From Promethearchaeia archaeon (lineage in GTDB: Archaea; Asgardarchaeota; Lokiarchaeia; Sigyniarchaeales; SOKP01), in contig JBATUM010000185.1 in NCBI GenBank assembly GCA_049671145.1, positions 1,828-65,827 on the forward strand: a stretch of 64,000 nt of DNA, read 5' to 3'. A program made the translations under genes and the position numbers. Positions 37,034 through 44,800 of the stretch are shown here, in pieces. The notes below the pieces were generated by a model, which saw only the letters and a list, made by a program, of their open reading frames with translations, did no database searches and was not told where the DNA came from. Every line of letters starts with the position of its first letter. The first letter of the stretch is position 1.

Positions 37034-37504
37034 ATGGAAATAATAGTAAAAAAGGTAAGAACAGGAGCAGAATATGAAGGCAAAATTGCAAATTTTTGGA
37101 TTTTAGGGCAATTAAAAGATTCCTCATGTATATGGATCTTTGACAGTAAGGCATATGATTTAAGGAAACACATAAACAACAATGTTGAATGTTTAATTTT
37201 AGCTTTTTTAGTGAATCTTACTCAAAAAGATTATAAGCAAGATAACAAAGAATCAATAACTAATATAATTAGTGGAAATTTTATTAAATCTGCTCTAATA
37301 ACATCAGACTGGAAGTTGCCATGGAATTATAAAGAAAAGCACTTTGCGGCATTAAACACAAATAATGGTTTGGTTTTATTGGATTGGGCAGATCTTGAGA
37401 CAATACCTATTCGAGAAAACATCGAAATTAAATTTCAAGAGCTAGATGAATTAAAATTATATGTACAACGATTCGATTTGGTAGCTTGGCATCCAATTGA
37501 ATAA
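37034..37504 (+). CDS. Putative immunity protein 1 (AWHPIE family, 156 aa)
   Basis: It starts 60 nt after the giant ORF stop and is preceded by a TAGGAGCG Shine-Dalgarno-like sequence. No TM segment or signal peptide is visible. It is paralogous to 38503-38985 and to the remnant at 41297-41536, and its C-terminus reads VQRFDLVAWHPIE. Confidence 0.6.
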   Translation: MEIIVKKVRTGAEYEGKIANFWILGQLKDSSCIWIFDSKAYDLRKHINNNVECLILAFLVNLTQKDYKQDNKESITNIISGNFIKSALITSDWKLPWNYKEKHFAALNTNNGLVLLDWADLETIPIRENIEIKFQELDELKLYVQRFDLVAWHPIE

Positions 37505-37590
37505 TTTTTATTCTATTTTCTTTAATTCCTCTACTTATTAAATATAATTAAAAGATAATCTAAAAATAGTAAAAAATTGGAATAAAAAAT

Positions 37591-37941
37591 GTGGATCTAA
37601 TGGTAAGATTAAATCAAGAATTTGATGAGCCAATAAGTGAAAGTATGTCAGGATTTTTAGTAGATATAATTGACAAAATAGATGAAATTACTGAACAAAA
37701 CCCTGATCAAATAATAAATGATTATCTGGCAAAATATTATGAAAGAAGGAAGCCAGTAGAACATTCTTTTAGTGATGATTTAATTGAAATTGTCAAAAAT
37801 GATATTATACTCAATATAATAGAAGTGAATACAGAAAAATTTGAAAATGTTAGTCAACCTGTAATGAATAAATTAATTGTGTTTTTCAAAGATTTTTTTA
37901 TAGATGAATTCCATAAATACAAAAACATTGAAATAAGTTAA
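37591..37941 (+). CDS. Hypothetical acidic protein; possibly a decayed pre-toxin linker of the orphan cassette
   Basis: GTG start, 116 aa. Its end overlaps, in another frame, the point where CT2 homology begins (37937). KNDIILNIIEVNTEKF weakly resembles KNPLYHININDIFTKQF in the giant protein. Confidence 0.35.
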   Translation: MDLMVRLNQEFDEPISESMSGFLVDIIDKIDEITEQNPDQIINDYLAKYYERRKPVEHSFSDDLIEIVKNDIILNIIEVNTEKFENVSQPVMNKLIVFFKDFFIDEFHKYKNIEIS

Positions 37942-38494
37942 TTTCTTTAGATCATCTCATTCATGGAATTTAGAATTAATTTATGAATTAAGAGGAAATG
38001 GTGTAACTTTTGATATTGCAAAAACAATAGGTCTAGCAAGAGAAGGTCGAGAAATCATAGAATTACCTGATGGCTCCTTTGCAATTAGTGGAAGGGAAAG
38101 TAGGGTTACATGGCTAGAATTAGGAAATCAATTTGGTGGTATGGAACATATTCTGTATGATACATTTATATTTGGCTCTTACGCTCCACACCCTACGCAT
38201 TTAGGCCATCTTGGGGATTTTGCAAAGTATGGTTATGATACAAAAGAAGAAATTGCTGAATTAATATTAAAAACAATCCATGAAAATGATTATTATATGT
38301 ATCTTGGTAGACATACTTATAGAATTGAGACTAAATCAGGTGAAACTATATATATAGGAATTATTATATCATCAAATGGATATATAATTAATGCCCATCC
38401 TTGGGATCGGGATCAGGATGATATTGATAATTTAAATAAAATCTTTCAGGAGATTGATGATTATTTCAATTTTAAATTATTTAATAATTGGTGA
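37937..38494 (+). pseudogene. Orphan CT2 cassette (start-less copy of the giant protein's C-terminal about 185 aa)
   Basis: The frame opens right after a stop at 37934-37936 and translates to VNFFRSSHSWNLELIYELRGNGVTFDIAKTIGLAREGREIIELPDGSFAISGRESRVTWLELGNQFGGMEHILYD..., collinear with giant residues VNFFRLSQ...EHILYD. The first ATG is internal, at 38141. Confidence 0.75.
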
Positions 38495-38502
38495 ATATTT
38501 TT

Positions 38503-38985
38503 ATGAAAGTTTTCTTAGAAAAAGTAAATATTGGGACTGAATCAGAGGGAGTAATATATGAATTCCTAATTCATGGTCGATTAAATAGTAATCAAATTAT
38601 ATATATTCATGATGACGCTGCGAAATTTGATCTTCGAAATTTTGAGAATCAGGTAGTTGAAATTCTTTTAGTAGCACATAATATTTCCCTTAAAACCACT
38701 TCAAGGAGACCTGATACTCAATTAATAGATAGGGAACTTAGAGTTATTAAAGGCAACTATCTTGGAAGATATGTTCTCCCTAATGAATGGCATGATTCGA
38801 AATATTTTCATAATGAGAGATCCTATAAGTATTGGCATCATCTTGATCTTCATGCGATTAAAGCGGAAAATGGAATATTTATAATTACGAATGAGAATGC
38901 TGAAAAGTTACCCATTGAAAAAGGAGAAAAAAGCTATTTCTATGTTGATAGTTTTTATATGATTGCATGGCATCCAATTGAATAA
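38503..38985 (+). CDS. Putative immunity protein 2 (AWHPIE family)
   Basis: An ATG at 38503 lies 8 nt after the CT2 stop (the track's TTG at 38488 is less likely). The N-terminus MKVFLEKVNIGTESEG parallels MEIIVKKVRTGAEYEG, and the C-terminus reads VDSFYMIAWHPIE. Confidence 0.6.
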   Translation: MKVFLEKVNIGTESEGVIYEFLIHGRLNSNQIIYIHDDAAKFDLRNFENQVVEILLVAHNISLKTTSRRPDTQLIDRELRVIKGNYLGRYVLPNEWHDSKYFHNERSYKYWHHLDLHAIKAENGIFIITNENAEKLPIEKGEKSYFYVDSFYMIAWHPIE

Positions 38986-39024
38986 TTTTGACTCTATTTT
39001 TTATTTAAAATTCCTCTACTTTTT

Positions 39025-39078
39025 AAATAATTTCTATAGACATTTTCTCCCTCCCCCATGGTGCCCCTGTTGAAAAAG
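39025..39078 (+). repeat. GC-rich direct repeat, copy A
   Basis: AAATAATTTCTA...CTCCCTCCCCCATGGTGCCCCTGTTGAAAAAG. Its partner at 46563-46628 shares the AAATA(A/G)TTTCTA, CTCCCTCCCC, TGGTGCCCC and TGAAAAAG blocks. Confidence 0.6.
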
Positions 39079-39328
39079 AAGATTAAAGATTTTCTTCACA
39101 TCTAAAGATGAAAACATACGAAATAATAATCATTTTGAAGACACTATCTGTTGAAAAGACCAATTTCTCCCTAATATGATCCCACTTCGTGTGGGATGAA
39201 AACTTTCTATTCGTGAGGAAAGTTGTTGTCTCCACTATGTGCGTTAATATCTTCCACCCAAATTCTAATAATCATTCTAAATTTTACATATCAAAATATT
39301 TAAATACTCTATTTTATCTAATATAGTA

Positions 39329-39353
39329 AAGAGATATATTTTTTATATCTCTT
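39329..39353 (+). promoter_or_regulatory. Perfect 10-bp inverted repeat immediately upstream of the ORF at 39359
   Basis: AAGAGATATA-TTTTT-TATATCTCTT ends 5 nt before the ATG at 39359. It could be an operator or a 5' hairpin. Confidence 0.3.
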
Positions 39354-39358
39354 CAAAA

Positions 39359-39634
39359 ATGAAAGAAAATTTTAATTGTCAACGGAAAAATAATGTAAAT
39401 CAAGGCGTATTGCATAATTACAGATTAATTTTAGAAGGGATTATACGCTTTGAACATGAGAAATCTATTCTTTTTGAACTTAGAAAGAATAAAGAATCCT
39501 ATATTTCTTTTAAGATTAAAAAAATAGTAGCAGATATTAAATCAATCACCTTTAATGAGTGGCAGATCAAGAAAGAAAACTTCTATAACAAATTAAAAAT
39601 CAATGAAATAGGGAGAGTGCCATGGAGATCTTAA
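39359..39634 (+). CDS. Hypothetical small protein (91 aa), translationally coupled to the helicase-like gene
   Basis: The ORF overlaps the next start by 13 nt. No recognisable motif. Confidence 0.4.
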   Translation: MKENFNCQRKNNVNQGVLHNYRLILEGIIRFEHEKSILFELRKNKESYISFKIKKIVADIKSITFNEWQIKKENFYNKLKINEIGRVPWRS

Positions 39635-41094
39635 AAGTTAATTCAGAAGAATTAGTTAGATATCCTGTTAAAAATTTCATTGGAAAGGGAACTTTTAATA
39701 ATAAAAGTTCTGGAACGGGTAAAACTTGGAAGAGTTATGAAATTATAGACTATGGAATAGAACATCAAATGCTCATGATGATTTGCTTACCGACTCATGA
39801 TAATATAAAGGAATTTATAAAGAGAATGAATAACCATAGGGATAATGCAATTCAGTTAAAGGGTAAAATGAAATATTGCAAGTTAAGAAATAAAGTCAAT
39901 GCTTACTTGATCGGATGTACAACATGTAAACATCAAAGAAAATGTCGATATATAAAGCAATTTTCAATAGCAAAAGATAAACAGATTATATTCATAGTTC
40001 CACATCATCTACATTTGGTTCGTGAATTTAATCCAGACATTCTTATAATCGATGAAAGTATAGAAAAACAAGCTCATAAAGGAATAAAAATTCCAGAAAG
40101 GGTAAATCCGAATAATTATTTAGTACAAGCGAATTGTAATACCTGTCCATTTAGTAATAAGTGTTCAGATCAGCGTAAGAGGTTTAAAAGAAACCACGGT
40201 TGTTATTTTACGTTATACAAAACCCTTAATTTGGATGATTTTGAACCAGAATCTTTAGAAGAATATTTTTTCAAATATAATTATGAAAATTTAGACAATA
40301 TATTTGCTGTTGAAGATAATAGTAGAAATCACGTTATTATCGGAGATACACCTCTAGATTTCTTAAATCAAGTCAATACTCTTATTTTCAATTGTGCTAC
40401 AACAAGAATTTCAATTGCAGAGAAAATATTTCAACGGAAGTTCGATATTGTAATATTAGATGAAGAAAAATTAGAGAATAGGATATTTTTACTAGATGAT
40501 CTAATGACAAAGAAGAAAACTAAAGTAGAATTAACTAATGCTGAGAAATATTTTGAAGTACTGAATATCCCATTAGGAGATAAGACGTTGATCTATACTA
40601 AAAAAGAATTTGAAGAATATTTTAAAAAGAAATTTCCTAAAGTAAAAACAGGTCATTATGGTGATAGCAGGGGTTATAACAAGTTTGAAGAATGTGAAAA
40701 TGTTATTATATTTGGAAGATACGGACTAACACCAGCAGTTCAAATGTTATTGGAATTAAGAGGGTATAAATCAAGAGAAATACACTGGTTTGAAAAAGCA
40801 GAGGAACTTCAAGCTATGCATAGAATTCGACCGATAAGAGATAAAAATAAAATGATTTATTTATTATCAAATTCTCTTAAAGAAGTTGTTGAACCAACAG
40901 ATTACATTAATTTGAATAGTTTAAAAATTGGTTTCGAAATCCTTAACGGAGATTATGAAGGTATGACGAAAACTGAGATATATGAAAAAGTTAAGGGAAA
41001 CATAAAAGATAAAATAAGAGCTATCGATACATTACAAAACACAGGCAAAATAGGAGATATGACAGGGAGGGGCAAGAAATTACAGAAGATATAA
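39622..41094 (+). CDS. P-loop NTPase, divergent XPD/DinG-like SF2 helicase with Cys clusters
   Basis: Walker A is SSGTGKTW and the Walker B/DExx-like motif is ILIIDESIE. A CATT motif-III-like element and QAMHRIRPIR (motif VI-like) are present. The cluster C-x12-C-x2-C-x5-C (CKLRN...CTTCKHQRKC) sits between motifs Ia and II, as in XPD Fe-S helicases. A second cluster reads CNTCPFSNKC. Confidence 0.45.
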   Translation: MEILKVNSEELVRYPVKNFIGKGTFNNKSSGTGKTWKSYEIIDYGIEHQMLMMICLPTHDNIKEFIKRMNNHRDNAIQLKGKMKYCKLRNKVNAYLIGCTTCKHQRKCRYIKQFSIAKDKQIIFIVPHHLHLVREFNPDILIIDESIEKQAHKGIKIPERVNPNNYLVQANCNTCPFSNKCSDQRKRFKRNHGCYFTLYKTLNLDDFEPESLEEYFFKYNYENLDNIFAVEDNSRNHVIIGDTPLDFLNQVNTLIFNCATTRISIAEKIFQRKFDIVILDEEKLENRIFLLDDLMTKKKTKVELTNAEKYFEVLNIPLGDKTLIYTKKEFEEYFKKKFPKVKTGHYGDSRGYNKFEECENVIIFGRYGLTPAVQMLLELRGYKSREIHWFEKAEELQAMHRIRPIRDKNKMIYLLSNSLKEVVEPTDYINLNSLKIGFEILNGDYEGMTKTEIYEKVKGNIKDKIRAIDTLQNTGKIGDMTGRGKKLQKI

Positions 41095-41250
41095 TCGAGC
41101 TTTCGTAATTACTGCTATTTTCCAAATCCTCTTCTTTATTATATATAGGGGGAAAAATAACAGATGTCCAAGCCCTTTTTTCTTTTTTTGTTCAAAATAT
41201 TAACAAAAAACTATTAAACTCTTTTTTAAAAGCAGTTTTCATCAAAAAAG

Positions 41251-41294
41251 TATCATCAATTCACAGACCAACATATCATCAATTCACAGACCAA
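41251..41294 (+). repeat. Tandem duplication (two 21-nt copies, 23-nt period)
   Basis: TATCATCAATTCACAGACCAA occurs at 41251-41271 and again at 41274-41294. The duplication lies exactly at the 5' break of the immunity-gene remnant. Confidence 0.85.
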
Positions 41295-41296
41295 AT

Positions 41297-41536
41297 GTAA
41301 TTCAAGGTATTTACATAAATAATTATGAAATACCAATAAAATGGAAAGACTACGATAAATTTTATTCAGAAAGATCTATTGCAATAAAAACTAATGAGGG
41401 TTTTTTTTTATTAGACGCATCTGATGTTAAAAAAATGTCAATTCGGGGAAAAAAAGAAATTAAATTAAAGGAAGGTCAAAAAATTACTCTTTATGTTGGG
41501 AGGTTTGATCTACATGCTTGGTATCCACTAGAATAA
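41297..41536 (+). pseudogene. 5'-truncated remnant of a third AWHPIE-family immunity gene
   Basis: It translates to VIQGIYINNYEIPIKWKDYDKFYSERSIAIKTNEGFFLLDASDVKKMSIRGKKEIKLKEGQKITLYVGRFDLHAWYPLE*. This is collinear with the C-terminal halves of the two intact paralogs. No in-frame start lies upstream. Confidence 0.7.
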
Positions 41537-41866
41537 TTATTAATTTTTAATTCAATTCCATTCACATTATAATCTCTCTATTTAAAGGTAAACTAATTTA
41601 GCCAAGCCGGCTTAATAGGGTAATATCTTAGAAGCTAGTTGTATAAAAAATATCTATGTTTCTGATCTTAATGTAGAGTAGTTAAACCAACTCCTGGTTA
41701 AATACGAGTTTCATAATGATTTGAATGAACTCTTAACCATCAATGCAGAGCGTCAAATCCTGCATAATATCCAAGATTTTTCCAGAGCATTTTTACACAT
41801 GTATGAGTTGTAACCTTAATATTAATTTTAAGTCCGCAGGGAGATAACCTTGATGGATTCTTAGAT

Positions 41867-44800
41867 TTGCTATGGGACAATTTATTGAGCATGGGAGCCT
41901 CTGATCCTGACGTATTTGTTGCTCTTGATTTTGATGACCTAAACTTAGATTATTTCTTAATGACTAGTGAGCTACCTGCTTATAATTTTAGACCGGGATA
42001 TTCATACCCAAATACCAATAATCTCGATAACGTATATCATACATATGCGGTTAATACATTAGGTTACGTGGAATATCTAGTACAACACTCCTCAAATAAT
42101 CAATTTGACACAATTCGCCCAGTATGTAAAGATGGAAGACCTCAATATGAATTTGTGGAGCGCGATAGCTACGATAAAGTGCTCCCGCAATCAGTTCTTT
42201 ACCAACCAATCGTATTAGATCAATATCGATTTAGCCAGCTCAGACCTCAGCTTGGTCATCTTATCGTAAATGTACAGTGTAGACCTCATGATTATAATAA
42301 TTCTATTGGTATTAACCCTTATGTGATGAATGCAGTCGAGGCAGATGTATATAAAGCCAAAATTCCACTCTTTCAGCATGAGTTTGATTATCCCGTGCAG
42401 AATGTTTACATCGATATTGTAAAAAGTAATCCTGAATATGAAAACGGAATACTCTCAAATTTGAATTTGAAATATCTTGCCCAAGACATTTATGTAAATG
42501 AATCATATTATGCATTTGAGCAAGGACAGCTCTACTTCACTGCCCCAATTGAGACCTTAATTACTCAAAAATATCCCCATTATAGGACCGCACTAAAGGA
42601 TATATGGCGGATAGAAGGTATGAATTCCAAGGTATACTATCGCCTCCATGTCTATTTTGATGTTTTTGTTCCTGATCTTACAGAAGAGACTCATAGATTA
42701 GCACTAGCCCAAGCATCTTCCTATGCAATTATGGATTATTTCAATCAATACACTTACGCTGAAGTCACAGCGAATATGATTTCTGAAATTGCTTATACTG
42801 AGACAGTAACCTTCTGGTCCACTATTATTAGCGCTCCTATGATGATGTTTGGTTCATACCTCGTAGAGGGTTTAGAAGAGGGGATAGCACGAGCAGGAGT
42901 GCAAATGGCGTTGACCACGCTTACCGCTCCGATAAAGGAAGTATTCCAAGAAATTATTATGGATGGATTTATAGAGGCATTCGCCGAGAATTTTGCGGAT
43001 ATAATGGGCTGGTCTGACGATGTTGGATATTGGCTCTCTGCTTTAGCAACCTCAGGTCGAGAAACTTTGTTGGGTCCCTTAGGAAAATTAACTTGGGGAA
43101 AGATTCGAGAAATGACTAAGTTGGACCTTGAGATAAAAAACACCGTTAAATTAATGCAGCAGGCAACTCAATCTCAAGATACCGATACTGCCAATAAACT
43201 TCGTCAGACATTAGAAGATCTATACCGACAACAAAGTGAAGCTAGACAACAGAAAGAACAGGAGAAAAAGACATGGAAAAAATTACTTGCCTCTGACTTT
43301 TTCAAGGGAGTTCTAATGACTATTCCATCTGCCTTTATTGGTGGATTTAACATATTTTCTTTCATGGGAATGCAAAATATGCTCTCAGGTACGTTGAGCC
43401 ATATTAATATAAAGACATTTTCTAAGATACGAGCGGTACAACAAGCGTCCAGAAGAGGAAAATTACAGCACATTCTTGATGAATACGGAATTGAGGGTGA
43501 TGTCCTTTCCAGAAATATCGAAAGCAACTTGAAACAGCCTACCGATATTGATGGAGAAGCGCTACATAATTTATTTAAAGAACAGAATGAAGAAGACCTT
43601 CCGGGAGTAAAGAATACTATAGTGTTTAACCCCAATCCTAAGGCTGCTAAAACTGTGGAAAAAATTAATATACCGAATAAGTTTGAGGAGATCCGATTAG
43701 CAAATTGGGTTGATGAATTAACAAAAGATTATAAATTTGAGGATAAGAAGAAAATCTCTGACCAAGTAAGTAAGACGACAAATAATGTTGAAGAGACTGA
43801 ACTTAAGTCTGACATCATGATCGGGGATCTATATGAAGGCTTATTTTACCAATTTAATAAAATTCGAATAGGGAATCTCTATCATGAATTTTATGCCACT
43901 GGAACTTTGCAAACCGATGGTAAGAAAGTCTCGAAATTACTCTATTCTAAGCAATTGATAACCGATGCGATTATTATGCTCAGTTCCACTAAATATAAAG
44001 GAGTCCCAATTATCATAGACCAAGAAATCAACTTCATAGTTCTAGAAGCTATTATAGCTAAAATAAAAGAAGGACACACGATCACCCAGCTTGAGAGAAT
44101 AATAATGGACATTGGCATCTTTATTGAAGGAAGATACGATATTATTGGAAAGGTAAATTCAGCGTCTGATTTCAATGAAAAATTCTTTGAAAAAACGAAG
44201 CGGAATGTAAAGAAACTTGGAATTCTAAAAGTAATAGGGAGATCGATGTTTGGCAAATTAAAACCAGGTGCTAAAGTTGCTTATGAGATTAAGAACGAGG
44301 GAGAAGTGTATAATGTAGATGATATTATTGTATTTTATCGGGATGGAGTGAAAATTGTCCATCGGGTTGAATATATATTCGAATCCAATGGTGAAATCTT
44401 CTATGTAACCGAGGGTGTGAATTCCGATACTAATCCATATGTAGATAGTGATCTTGTTTCCAACGATCAAGTTATTGGAAGAGTCACTGAGATGTCTGAA
44501 CAAGATTTATCCGCTCTTATAGAAATGGCAGAACAAGGGAAGGTCCCCTCTATTGAGGGTTTAGGAATGTCGAATGCTTTAGAAAAAGTCTATCAATCAC
44601 TATACAAAACAAGCAAAAGCCTTAGAAATATGAGGGATAATCCTATAGGCTTAACTAGGGAACAACTATTAGATTTTGTCATAAATAAAATTTCTGAGAT
44701 AAATGTAGAAGCTTTTACAGATATAGATAAAGTAAAGGAAGCAAGAATAAGAATATTAACTACATGTTATGAAATGATTGAAAGGAATATCTATTCTTGG

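Noticed and set aside
39179-39197. tRNA T-arm-like hairpin (ATCCCAC-TTCGT-GTGGGAT), considered as part of a tRNA or an integration target.
   Set aside because: The loop is 5 nt rather than the 7-nt TPsiC loop. No complementary acceptor-stem sequence lies at the expected distance, and no D or anticodon arms could be drawn.
39025-39200. Possible degenerate CRISPR array, because GTTGAAAA(A)G resembles the 3' end of some archaeal repeats and ATTTCTCCCT recurs.
   Set aside because: Only two partial copies exist, with unequal spacing and no full-length repeat identity. No cas genes are nearby. The better match is the distant copy at 46563-46628.
41604-41613. The 10-bp palindrome AAGCCGGCTT in the intergenic region upstream of the orphan module.
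   Set aside because: It is a single short palindrome with no repeat partner or obvious positional relation to a start site. It is not distinguishable from chance.
42312-44503. Five minus-strand ORFs inside ORF 41867-45658.
   Set aside because: They are antisense shadows of a frame whose product is clearly homologous to the giant protein. No motifs are present.
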